From positions 2,368,001 through 2,432,000 of the forward strand of contig OZ244744.1 of the NCBI GenBank assembly GCA_965219455.1: a stretch of 64,000 bases of DNA, read 5' to 3'. Source of the DNA: Candidatus Latescibacterota bacterium (GTDB lineage Bacteria > Latescibacterota > UBA2968 > GCA-2709665). Below are positions 26,558 through 36,551 of the stretch, piece by piece (position 1 is the first letter of the stretch; each line of letters starts with the position of its first letter). The position numbers were made by a program, and so were the translations under genes. The notes under the pieces are model-generated. The model was not told the origin of the DNA, did not search any database, and worked only from the letters and a program-made list of their open reading frames with translations.

Positions 26558-27375
26558 TCAGCTATCAGCGGTCAGGAAAAACAGCTATCAGCGGTCAGCC
26601 GTTAGCTGTCAGCTTGAAGCAAAACCAAAAGGCGGGACCTCTCCCCCCGGCCCCCTCGGACAGAGCTATCAGCGGTCAGCCGTTAGCTGTCAGCTAAAAA
26701 CGAAAAGCAAAACGCAGATTGCCATACGGCCTGGCGATATCGATTCGCGGATGCCTGGTTTTTTGTAGGGGCGACCGGCCGGTCGCCCTTGTTTCGGGAA
26801 AACAGCAGTCAGCAGGGAAAACGACAATCAGCTCACACAAAGGCACAAAGGGAAAGGCAGCGGTCAGTTAGAAGGAAAAGGCAAATTCAACATTCACATC
26901 TCCCCATATTCCCTGCCTGCGGCGCGTTCCTTTTGACACGACCAAAAGGAACCAAAAGTCGCCGCTAGGCGCGGGGCCGTCCATATGCATAGCGCGAATT
27001 GCCTCACGGGTTGCACATGATCCTCTGCCCTGCCAACCACGGAGGAACATCGGTCCTCCGCGCTGGACGGAAACGCACGCTCTGCTCTGAGAGTCCTCTC
27101 GAAAGGCAATTCGAGCGTATCTACATTGGTTTTCCGTTTGCGAGGAGCTGTCACCTAAAACCGGTTTGCCATACGGCCTGGCGATGTCAATTCGCGGATG
27201 CCTGGTTTTCGTAGGGGCGACCGGCCGGTCGCCCTTGTTTCGGGAAAACAGCAGTCAGCAGGGAAAACGACAATCAGCTCACACAAAGGCACAAAGGGAA
27301 AGGCAGCGGCGGAGACCGCTCCCCCCGGCCCCAAGGCCCTCACCCCCCGGCCCCCTCGCCCACGGGGAGAGGGGG
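26558..27375 (+). repeat. Mosaic intergenic repeat island 2
   Basis: Same modules as island 1, with GTAG REPs at 26765 and 27211 and element F at 26895-27155. Confidence 0.9.
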
Positions 27376-27519
27376 AGGAGAACGAAGTGTTTTTTTGCGT
27401 GAATGAGAAAAAGGGCGCAAATGAAGAAAAAACAAAAATAAAGGAGGAAAAACGTCTCGTGGGCCTGGAACAAGACCCACCATTCGTCTTTCCCCATTGT
27501 CTTTGTATGCCGGTGTGAG

Positions 27520-27963
27520 CTATTCCTTGACCACCCAAACCTTCACGGTGGCGCGTACCTCGGCGTGGAGCCGGACGGACACGTCGTAGACCCCGAGCGC
27601 GCGGATGGGCTCCTCGAGTTCGATCCACCGCCTGTCGATCTCGAAGCCCTGCTCCACGAGTTGATCGGAAATGTGCTGCGCGGTCACGGAGCCGAAGATC
27701 TGGTCTTCCTTGCCCACGGCCACGGGAATGGAGCAGGATGCCTTCTCCAGCTTCCGCGAAAGGGCCACGCCCTCACGCTGCGAGCGGGTGTTCCGGGCCT
27801 CCTTCTGGCGCTTGAGTTCTTCGTAGACGTTCATGTTTCCCTTGCTGGCAGCGAGGGCCAGTTTCCGGGGGATGAGGTAGTTCCGGGCGTAGCCGTCCTT
27901 GACGACGACAACGGAGCCGGCCTCGCCAAGGTTTTCGTGACCTTCGGTCAATATAACCTTCAT
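27520..27963 (-). CDS. rplI: 50S ribosomal protein L9
   Basis: MKVIL..LG..G..V.VKDGYARNYLIP, IFGSVT. Confidence 0.98.
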   Translation of the reverse strand: MKVILTEGHENLGEAGSVVVVKDGYARNYLIPRKLALAASKGNMNVYEELKRQKEARNTRSQREGVALSRKLEKASCSIPVAVGKEDQIFGSVTAQHISDQLVEQGFEIDRRWIELEEPIRALGVYDVSVRLHAEVRATVKVWVVKE

Positions 27964-28021
27964 GGTGGTTCCCTTTCGTTCGGAGCGGTGGCTACGTGGC
28001 CTTATACAATAATATATGAAG

Positions 28022-28960
28022 AACAGCTATCAGTAGTCAGCGATCAGCCGTCAGCTTGAAGCAAAAGGCGAAAACCTAATTCAACATCTACTTCTCCCCA
28101 AATTCCCTGCCTTCGGCGAGAATAGCGATCAGCTTGAAACGAGAAGCTAAAAGCGAAAACCAATAAACATAAAGCTGGAAAAACGATAATCAACTCACAC
28201 AAAGACACAAAGGGAAAAGCAGCTATCAGCGGTCAGCCATCCGCTTGAAGCAAAAGGCGAAAACCAAATTCAACATCTACTTCTCCCCAATTTCCCTGCC
28301 TTCGGCGAGTTCCTTTTGACGCGACCAAAAGGAACCAAAAGTCGCCGCTAGGCGCGGGGCCGTCGATATGCATAGCGCGAATTGCCGCACGGGATGCACA
28401 GGATCCTCTGCCCTGCCAGCAACGGTGGAACAAGAGGTCCTCGGCGCTGAACGGAACCGCGCGCTCTGCTCTGGTAGCCCTTTGGTCAGGTTTCGCCTCC
28501 ATCGATCCAATGGTTACCGGATTAAAAGGGCAGCCATCAGCTATCAGCTTGAAACGAGAAGCAAAAAGCGAAAACCAATAAACATAAAGCTGGAAAAACG
28601 ATAATCAACTCACACAAAGACACAAAGGGAAAAGCAGCAATTGCTGAAAGTGCGGTACGACGCCAAACCACGTGGCGGTCCTATCCGATCAATTTCTCAC
28701 CCGAACGGTGGAGAATTTGGGGGGTTTTGCCGCGTCGATCCATTCAGCAATGTCGTGTGGCCTATCATCCTCAATCCGCAGGGCACAAGTGCTTGTTTCT
28801 TCCCCTGAGGCGATTCGCGGAAAAACCGGCCCCGTGCCGAACGGCGCGGTTCTTTTTGGTCCTTTTTCTTACGCGAATAAGAAAAAGGACGTAAAAATAA
28901 AAAAAACAATAAGAAAGTAGGAAAATGACCTTACAGACCCGGAGCGCGACCCATTATTCG
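28022..28960 (+). repeat. Mosaic repeat island 3 between rpsR and rplI
   Basis: Heptamer runs, an ~90-bp duplicated module (about 28129 and 28544), element F at 28278-28472 and element G at 28700-28960. Confidence 0.9.
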
Positions 28961-29065
28961 CCTTTCCCCGTTAGCTGCCTGTTAGCAAGAATCCGGATGC
29001 GGAAGTGTCATATGACAAAGTTACCGTCACCTCTTGCCTCTTGCTTCCAGCGTCTCCCCCCTCTA

Positions 29066-29287
29066 CTACATATTGTCTGCTGCAAAAGCCAACAGCGCGA
29101 TCTGGCGTGCGCGCTTGAGATGCCGGGTGACGGTGCGCTGGTGCCTGGCGCAGGTTCCCGACACGCGCCTGGGGATGATCTTGCCCCGTTCCGTAACGAA
29201 CCGCTGCATCATCCGCGCGTCCTTGTAGTCGATTGTCAACGCCTTATCTTCGCAAAATCTGCATACTTTCACGCTGGACCGGTTCAT
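29066..29287 (-). CDS. rpsR: 30S ribosomal protein S18 (zinc-binding type)
   Basis: CRFC..IDYKD..ERGKIIPRRVSGTCARHQR. Confidence 0.98.
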   Translation of the reverse strand: MNRSSVKVCRFCEDKALTIDYKDARMMQRFVTERGKIIPRRVSGTCARHQRTVTRHLKRARQIALLAFAADNM

Positions 29288-29658
29288 GCATCCTCCTTGT
29301 TTTCCGCGTCTGATTCCGTGTTCTCTTCCTCATCCTGTCCGTCTTCTTCTTCCGGTTCTTCCTCCACCGCGCTTTCGTCCAGAACCACCATGTGCCGCAA
29401 CACGGACTCGTCCAGTTTGAACATCCGGTCGACCTCGGGCAGGATCTCCGGCGGGGCCTCGAAGCGGACAAACGTGTAGTCGGCGCGCTGCTGTTTACCG
29501 ATTTCATAAGCCAGCTTGCGCGAGCCCAAGCGGACGACCTCTACCGACCTGCCGCCGCCTTCGGAAACGAGGCGATCGAAACGCGCGACGATGTTGTCCA
29601 CCGCGCCATCGGGCGCCTGCGTATTGACGATGACCGTGAGTTCGTAACGTCTTGACAT
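29284..29658 (-). CDS. rpsF: 30S ribosomal protein S6
   Basis: RRYELTVI, G.RKLAYEI, VLRHMVV and an acidic tail. Confidence 0.96.
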   Translation of the reverse strand: MSRRYELTVIVNTQAPDGAVDNIVARFDRLVSEGGGRSVEVVRLGSRKLAYEIGKQQRADYTFVRFEAPPEILPEVDRMFKLDESVLRHMVVLDESAVEEEPEEEDGQDEEENTESDAENKEDA

Positions 29659-29729
29659 GGAACCTCCCCCTTGGACTATTGGCCCGGGAGCGACCCGACC
29701 GGGCGCCCGCGAGCGGGGTGAATGGGAAA

Positions 29730-30660
29730 CAGCAATCAGCAGTCAGGAAAAGCAGCTATCAGCGGTCAGCGATCAGCTTGAAGCAAAAGCGAGAATCAAA
29801 TTCAACATCCACTTCTCCCCAATTTCCCTGCCTTCGGCGGGAATAGCGATCAGCCGTCAGCGGTCAGCTTGAAGCAAAAGGCGAAAACCAAATTCAACAT
29901 CCACTTCTCCCCAATTTCCCTGCCTTCGGCGAGTTCCTTTTGAAGCGACCAAAAGGAACCAAAAGTCGCCGCTAGGCGCGGGGCCTGCCATATGCATAGC
30001 GCGAATTGCCTCACGGGATGCACATGATACTCTGCCCTACGAACCACGGATGAACATCGGTACCCGGCGATGGACGGAACCGCGCGCTCTGCTTTGATCT
30101 CGCTCTGCAATGGCATCGCGTTTGAAACCTGCGTGGCTTTCTGATAGCAAGATGCAAGCAATCAGCAGTCAGCGGTCAGCTTGAAGCAAAAGCGAGAATC
30201 AAATTCATGACCTCTCCCCCCGGCCCCCTCTCCTAAAGGAAAGGGGGAGGGAAACCGAATATATATTTGGCGGGCAGCAGAAAAGACGAAAATCAGCTAT
30301 CAGTAGTCAGCCATCAGCAAACAGCAAAAATCTAAAACCGGTAACACCGCCAAACCGAGCGGTGGACCTTCCCTGTAAAACTCCCGCCCGTCCGGAGGTG
30401 GAGATGGGGCTTTTCCGCGCCAATCCGTCCATCGCCTGCGCCACGGAACTCTTGAAAAGCACTCAGGCCACGTACACCTTTCACCACCACCGGGGCGATT
30501 CGCGGAAAAGCAGCCCCGCGGCGTTTGAGCGGCGCCGTTCTTTTTGGTCCTTTTTCTTGGCGTACAAGAAAAAGGACGTAAAAAAATAAATATATGACAA
30601 AGAACGAAAGGGAAATGGCCTCACAGACCCGGAGCACAACCCACCATTCGCCTTTACCCG
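29730..30660 (+). repeat. Mosaic repeat island 4
   Basis: Heptamer modules, element F at 29901-30094 and element G at 30385-30650. Confidence 0.9.
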
Positions 30661-30709
30661 TGTATTTTTTCGCCTCCGACAGGTTGCACCAACAATTCCC
30701 CCGACGAAG

Positions 30710-32722
30710 TCAATCAATCAACAGAGGGGCCAGGACGAGCGAGACGACGGACATGAGTTTGATCAATATGTTCAGCGAAGGGCCGGAGGTGTCCTTCAAC
30801 GGATCCCCCACGGTGTCGCCGACCACCGAGGCCTTGTGGGCGTCGGACCCCTTGCCGCCGAAGTGGCCCTCCTCGATATGTTTCTTGCCGTTGTCCAGGA
30901 CGCCGCCGCTGTTGGCCATCATCAGCGCCATGAGCATACCGCTCAACAGGGCGCCGGCCAGCATGCCTCCGAGCGCCTCTTTGCCAAGAATGAATCCGAC
31001 CAGCACGGGCGTGAGTACGGCAACCAACCCGGGCGGCACCATTTCCCGCAGCGCCGCGACCGTACTGATGTCCACGCAGCGCCGGGTATCGGGCTTGCCG
31101 GTGCCTTCCATCAATCCCGGAATCTCCCGGAACTGCCGCCGGACCTCTTCCACCATCAGGAAGGCCGCCCGACCGACCGAGGTCATGGTCTGGGCGGCGA
31201 CAAGGAACGGGATGGAACCGCCGATGAACAGGCCGATCACCACCATCGGCGAGGTGAGGTTGATTACCTCCAGCTTCACGGTCGAGGCGTAGGCCGAGAA
31301 GAGGGCCAGGGCCGTCAGGGCCGCCGAACCGATGGCGAAGCCCTTGCCGATGGCCGCCGTGGTATTGCCCAGCGCGTCCAGGCCGTCCGTGATCTTCCGG
31401 GTTTCGGGGCCAAGTTCCGCCATTTCGGAAATCCCGCCCGCGTTGTCGGCAATGGGGCCGTATGCGTCTACCGCCATGGTGATGCCCACCGTTGCCAGCA
31501 TCCCCACGGCCGCGATGCCGATGCCGTAAAGCCCGGCGAAATGATAGGCGAACCCGATGGCGGCGCAGATGCCCAGTACCGGCAGAAAGGTGCTCTGCAT
31601 GCCGATGGCCAGGCCCGAGATGATATTGGTGGCGGGCCCGGTTTCAGAGGCTTTGGCCACCTTGATCACCGGAGGGCCGCCGGTGTAATATTCGGTGAGA
31701 AGGCCAATCAGAATGCCGGTGAGGCCGCCCAGCAGGATCGCCCAGAACACACCTTCGGAGAGGCCCAAGCCGTCCACGGCGAAATAGCTTCCGGCGAACA
31801 TGACGCCCGCGGCCACGAAAGAGGCGTAGCGGAGGGCGGCCGCGGGATTGAAACGCTGCAGGACCGGCATCGCCAGCATGCCGATGAGGGACGCCACCAG
31901 GCCGATTGTGGCCACGATGAGTGGCAGTTGCATGGCCGTCAGCTTCACGGCCGCGTCGTCATACACGGAACTGCCGGCCAGCGTGGCCATCAGCGCCGGC
32001 CCGGCCGTGGCCGCGATGGCGATGGTTGCCACGATGGATCCCACGTATGACTCGAAGATATCGGCACCCATTCCGGCCACGTCGCCCACGTTGTCGCCCA
32101 CGAAATCGGCCAGCGCCGCGGGGTTGCGCGGGTCGTCCTCGGGAATGCCGGCCTCCACCTTGCCGACCAGGTCGGCGCCCACGTCGGCCGTTTTGGTATA
32201 GATACCGCCACCCACGCGCGCGAACAGGGCGATTGAACTGGCGCCCATGGCGAAACCGTTGATGATTACCGCCTGGTCCGCGTTGCCGAACAGGAGGAAC
32301 AGCACGCCCACCCCCAGCAGGCCCAGGCTGGCCACCGAGAGGCCCATCACCGTTCCGCCGGAGAAAGCCACGCTCAGGGCCGTTGTCTGTCCCTCGCGGT
32401 TGGCGGCATACGCGGTGCGCACGTTGGCCTTGGTGGCCGCTTTCATCCCGAAAAAACCGGCGCCTATCGAACAGATTGCGCCGGCCAGAAAGGCGAAGGC
32501 CGTGCTGAACGGCCTGATCCCGATCGAAAGCAAGATGAATACCGCCACGATAAAAATCGCCAGAACCACGTATTCGCGTTTCAAAAACGCCATGGCGCCA
32601 TCGTGGATGGCGTCCGAAATCTCCTGCATCCGATCCGTACCGGCCGGCTTACGGGTCATCCGGATGTAAACCAACCCGGCGACCAGCAACCCGGCGACCC
32701 CAAAAATTGGCGTCCAGAACAT
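30710..32722 (-). CDS. hppA: Membrane-bound K+-dependent Na+/H+-translocating pyrophosphatase
   Basis: [36 protein letters not shown] (the Ala marks the K+-dependent class) and [14 protein letters not shown]. Start refined to MFWTPIFG after a GGAGG SD. Confidence 0.96.
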   Translation of the reverse strand: MFWTPIFGVAGLLVAGLVYIRMTRKPAGTDRMQEISDAIHDGAMAFLKREYVVLAIFIVAVFILLSIGIRPFSTAFAFLAGAICSIGAGFFGMKAATKANVRTAYAANREGQTTALSVAFSGGTVMGLSVASLGLLGVGVLFLLFGNADQAVIINGFAMGASSIALFARVGGGIYTKTADVGADLVGKVEAGIPEDDPRNPAALADFVGDNVGDVAGMGADIFESYVGSIVATIAIAATAGPALMATLAGSSVYDDAAVKLTAMQLPLIVATIGLVASLIGMLAMPVLQRFNPAAALRYASFVAAGVMFAGSYFAVDGLGLSEGVFWAILLGGLTGILIGLLTEYYTGGPPVIKVAKASETGPATNIISGLAIGMQSTFLPVLGICAAIGFAYHFAGLYGIGIAAVGMLATVGITMAVDAYGPIADNAGGISEMAELGPETRKITDGLDALGNTTAAIGKGFAIGSAALTALALFSAYASTVKLEVINLTSPMVVIGLFIGGSIPFLVAAQTMTSVGRAAFLMVEEVRRQFREIPGLMEGTGKPDTRRCVDISTVAALREMVPPGLVAVLTPVLVGFILGKEALGGMLAGALLSGMLMALMMANSGGVLDNGKKHIEEGHFGGKGSDAHKASVVGDTVGDPLKDTSGPSLNILIKLMSVVSLVLAPLLID

Positions 32723-32740
32723 ACAGAGTCCTCCAATAAA

Positions 32741-32925
32741 AGCAGCAGTCAGCTTGAAGCAAAAGGCGAAAACCAATAACCATAAAGCAGCAAAATCGAC
32801 AATCGGCTCACACGAAGGCACAAAGGGAAAAAGCGATCAGCGATCAGCCGTCAGCTTGAAGCAAAAGGCGAAAACAAAATTCAACATCCACTTCTCCCCA
32901 TATTCCCTGCCTTCGGCGAGTCGAG
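32741..32925 (+). repeat. Short repeat island 5 upstream of hppA
   Basis: TCAGCTTGAAGCAAAAGGCGAAAAC twice, GGCTCACACGAAGGCACAAAGGG, and the 5' part of element F. Confidence 0.85.
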
Positions 32926-33004
32926 CTCGGCAGGCAGGCACCGTAATCAGAAAAAAACAGCGATAAGCCAGAACCAACGACGTCAATAGCAAATAACCGC
33001 GCCG

Positions 33005-33565
33005 TTACGTGGAATTGTACCTATTCATGGCGGCGTCCATTCCGGATTCCATCCAGCACCTCACGCCGCTGGCCGCCTCGCGAATCGCCGCCTCGACCGT
33101 GTCGCGTTCGTCGGCTTCGAACGGGCTCAACACGTGCGCGATCCGGTCCGTATCCTCCGGCGGCGCCCCAACGCCCAATCTCAGCCTGGGAAACGACGTG
33201 GAGCCGATGCATTCGATTATCGACCCCAACCCGTTGTGCCCACCGTCGCTGCCCCCGCGCCGCAGCCGGATCCGGCCCAGGTCGAGGTGGACGTCGTCCA
33301 CCACTGCCAGGACGTCCTCGACGCCGGCCTCAAATCGATCCAGAATGTCAGCAACTGCAACGCCGCTGCGGTTCATGAAGGTGGTCGGTTTCACCAGCAG
33401 CAGCGCCTCGGAACCCTTCACGATCCGGCAAAAAAAATACCAGGCGCTTTCCGACCAGGTTCCCTTCAGCCTTTCCGCCAGCAGATCCGCCACCCGAAAA
33501 CCCAGGTTGTGGCGAGTATGAGCGTATTCGTTCCCCGGGTTGCCCAGACCCACGACAACTTTCAC
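33005..33565 (-). CDS. pth: Peptidyl-tRNA hydrolase
   Basis: VVGLGNPG.EY..TRHNLGF, KPTTFMNRSG, GGHNGL. GTG start after GGAGG. Confidence 0.97.
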   Translation of the reverse strand: MKVVVGLGNPGNEYAHTRHNLGFRVADLLAERLKGTWSESAWYFFCRIVKGSEALLLVKPTTFMNRSGVAVADILDRFEAGVEDVLAVVDDVHLDLGRIRLRRGGSDGGHNGLGSIIECIGSTSFPRLRLGVGAPPEDTDRIAHVLSPFEADERDTVEAAIREAASGVRCWMESGMDAAMNRYNST

Positions 33566-33797
33566 GAGGGCCTCCGAAAAGCAGCGATCAGCAGTCATCT
33601 TTCAGCTGAAACCGGTTACCGATATGGCCAAACGATGTCATTTCGCGGATGCCTGGTTTTGGTAGGGGCGAACGGCCGGTCGCCCCTACGGATACCGTGC
33701 GTCGGTCAGCTGACGTCGACCATCCATATCTGCGGCGCCGCGCGGGAGAAACGCCCGCGCTTCCGGGTGTCGCAAATTGCGACACTTTGGAGCGACG

Positions 33798-34478
33798 TTA
33801 TTCTTCTTCTTCTTCTTCCCGTTTCCCGCGTTCGATCAACTCGGGTTCCTGCATTTCTTCCTCTTCCTCCAGCACCTCTTCCTCTTCCTCTTCGACCTGC
33901 GAGACGGTTGGCGGAACCACCACGAACACGGACCGGTCGCCCTCTGCAACGATGTCCACGTTGGCCATCACGCTCAGATCGGAAACATGCACCGAGTCTC
34001 CGATATCCAGATCCGTAACGTCGAACCCGATGCGTTCCGGAATCTCGGCGGGCAGGCAGGACACCTCCACGTGGTGGAGCAACTGCTCCAGAATACCGCT
34101 CTCCGAGCGGACGCCGGCCGGAATGCCTTCGGGCTCGATGCGCACTTCCACAACGATTTTCTGGGTGAGCGAGATCCGGTAGAAATCCACGTGGAGGAGG
34201 TGGCCGTCGACCGGGTGGTGTTGAAGATCCTTGACAATGGCGGTGTCTTCGGATTTGCCCTCGCCGTTGCACAGAACCAGTGCCAGAAGCGTATTCCGCC
34301 CGTGTTCGTGCAAGACCGTCGATAGCGCCTTCGCTTCGACCGTACAGGCGACGGACGCGCTCCGGTCGCCGTAGACCACCGCAGGAATTCGTCCGGTACG
34401 GCGGATGCGCTTGGCCTCGCCCTTTCCGGTTCCCGTGCGTACTTCGGCCTGCAAACTCACGTCGTTATTGTCAGCCAT
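33798..34478 (-). CDS. rplY: 50S ribosomal protein L25/CTC
   Basis: GRIPAVVYG, Q.HPV....LHVDF, LDIGDSVHVSDL. ATG 34478 after GGAGG. Confidence 0.96.
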   Translation of the reverse strand: MADNNDVSLQAEVRTGTGKGEAKRIRRTGRIPAVVYGDRSASVACTVEAKALSTVLHEHGRNTLLALVLCNGEGKSEDTAIVKDLQHHPVDGHLLHVDFYRISLTQKIVVEVRIEPEGIPAGVRSESGILEQLLHHVEVSCLPAEIPERIGFDVTDLDIGDSVHVSDLSVMANVDIVAEGDRSVFVVVPPTVSQVEEEEEEVLEEEEEMQEPELIERGKREEEEEE

Positions 34479-34640
34479 TGACAGATCCTCCATCCTGGTG
34501 TTTTTTCCAGGAAATATGTCACCATTCTTCCGCCTGTCTGCGTGCAGGGCTTCCGCACAGGCAGGCCGGTTCATCCCGTCCCGGCGGCCGAATTTCGGCA
34601 ATCTATTTCCGGGACGGAACACCAGCTGTGCGACTTTATA

Positions 34641-34711
34641 CTGCCGGGCAGGGATTCGAACCCCGATAAACGGCTCCAAAGGCCGCTGTCTTGCCTTTAG
34701 ACGACCCGGCA
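34641..34711 (-). tRNA. tRNA-Gln(UUG)
   Basis: TGCCGGG acceptor, anticodon arm GCGGC-CTTTGGA-GCCGT, T-arm GGTTCGAATCC, CCCGGCAG end. CCA is not encoded. Confidence 0.95.
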
Positions 34712-34872
34712 TCGAAAACAGTAACCGGGATACGCCTGTCTGCCAACAGGCAGGCGCTGCGATCGATCGGGCAGCCTCCATTGAGACGGCAATCGACCGG
34801 GATCGTTCGTTATATATAATGTATAGCAACGGCAGACGATCCGGTTCCAACGTGGCAGGACGTTCGGAGCGC

Positions 34873-35745
34873 CTACGGTACGCGCGGCCGGTACCGACAC
34901 AGATAGACCCGACGCCCACGGCCCTGCACAAGGGCAGTTGCGGCCGAAGCTTGCCGGGCCTCACGAAAAACGCCGAAGAGTGTGGATCCGCTGCCAGAAA
35001 GCGAACATGCAACCGCACCCTCGCCAGCCAGCGCATCGAGGATCCGCGCCAGGTCGCCGCCGCCGGCTTCCACGAGAGGCAGAAAGTCGTTTTCCAGGCA
35101 CGCGAACAATCGGCCAGCGCAGATCCGGCCGGATTTTACCGTAAAATCCAGAAATCTACCATACACCGCCGTATCTGTCAAGCCAATTCTCACGTTTCGA
35201 TAGGCCCACGCAGTGGATACGGGAAACCCGGGATACACCAGCACGTACCAGAAATCGCCCTCCCAATCCACGGGCCGGATCCGCTCCCCGCGACCCGTTA
35301 CCACGGCGGTGCCGCCGGTGAGGAAGAACGGAACGTCGGACCCGAGTTCCGCCGCGAGCGCGGCCAATCGCTCCTGACGCAGATCCAATCCCCAGAGCCG
35401 ATCCAGCGCACGCAGGGCCGTGGCCGCGTTGGAACTTCCGCCGCCCAGGCCCGCGCCCGTGGGAATGCGTTTGTTCAGATCCACGCGCACCCCGTGGCCG
35501 GCGCCCGTTGCGCGGCGCAGAATCTCAACGGCGCGATAGACGAGATTTTCCGGCCCGTCGGGCACGTCCGGATTGTCGCAAAAAACCAGGGTTTCCCCGG
35601 GCGGCGCGGGCGTAAACACCATCCGGTCGCACAGATCCACCGTCTGAAGCACGGAAACGATATCGTGATAGCCATCCGGTCGGCGACCCTGGATTCTGAG
35701 ACCCAGGTTGAGCTTGGCCGGCGCGACTTCAACCACGTGATCCAT
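34873..35745 (-). CDS. ispE: 4-diphosphocytidyl-2-C-methyl-D-erythritol kinase
   Basis: APAKLNLGL, DGYH, KRIPTGAGLGGGSSNAA, GSDVPFF, SGSGS. Confidence 0.97.
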   Translation of the reverse strand: MDHVVEVAPAKLNLGLRIQGRRPDGYHDIVSVLQTVDLCDRMVFTPAPPGETLVFCDNPDVPDGPENLVYRAVEILRRATGAGHGVRVDLNKRIPTGAGLGGGSSNAATALRALDRLWGLDLRQERLAALAAELGSDVPFFLTGGTAVVTGRGERIRPVDWEGDFWYVLVYPGFPVSTAWAYRNVRIGLTDTAVYGRFLDFTVKSGRICAGRLFACLENDFLPLVEAGGGDLARILDALAGEGAVACSLSGSGSTLFGVFREARQASAATALVQGRGRRVYLCRYRPRVP

Positions 35746-35775
35746 TGGAGAAACTCCAAAGGCGGTGAGAAAACA

Positions 35776-36200
35776 CAGCTATTAGCTGTCAGCGGTCAGC
35801 AGTCAGCAGTCAGCCAAAAACGAAAATCCAAGATCAAAAAAAACCACTTCTCCCCAATTTCCCTGCCTTCGGCGAGTTCCTTTTGACGCGACCAAAAGGA
35901 ACCAAAAGTCGCCGCTAGGCGCGGGGCCGTTCATATGCATAGCGCGAATCTCGACGGCGGACGCAACAAAGCCGGTGCCCTGCCAACCACGGAAGAAATT
36001 GGGTACTCCGTGCGAGACGGAACCGCGCGCTCTGCTCTGGTTATCCTCTCGAAAGGCATCCGGAGCGTATCTGCATTGGTTTTTCGTTAGCAAAAATCAC
36101 CAACCGGGCGACCCATGGGTCGCCCCTACAAATACGAGGTTGGCGTGTCCGGTGGCGGAGGAGGGGGGTTTTTCCGCGCTGATCCGTCCAGCACCGTTGT
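35776..36200 (+). repeat. Mosaic repeat island between ispE and the TPR gene
   Basis: Heptamer run, diverged element F at 35845-36086, inverted GTAG REP at about 36105-36128 and the 5' part of element G. Confidence 0.85.
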
Positions 36201-36473
36201 ATTGGTAAATCTGGGAGGCTCGCAGGGCGCCCATGATAACCCCCGGCGCGGTTCTGTCAAGCGCCAATCGGCGAAGCCCACGCGGCCGGGGTCCCGTCGC
36301 TCGCGGGCCCCGTGGACGTCCACGCCCGCCGATTTTCCACGGCGACGATCCGCCAGGGCGCGGTACCGTCTGCCAAACTTGCAGTCCGCACGGACGCCGG
36401 ACAGACCCCCGAGATACCCGATCGAAGACACCATTGGAAGGCGTGCGCGCACCCACGAAACCGAAGTTTGGGA

Positions 36474-36502
36474 TTGACGCCCCCGCGCAAATGTGATAAA
36501 TT
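36474..36502 (+). promoter_or_regulatory. Putative sigma70 promoter for the TPR-regulator operon
   Basis: TTGACG, 17 bp, TAAATT, with an extended -10 TG. Confidence 0.5.
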
Positions 36503-36551
36503 GAAATACCTCGTACGGATGCATCGTAAACATCCATAACCTCTATAAATT

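Noticed and set aside
32723-35036. Long N-terminal extensions of hppA, pth and rplY in the ORF track
   Set aside because: They run through repeats or tRNA-Gln, and better starts with SD motifs lie downstream.
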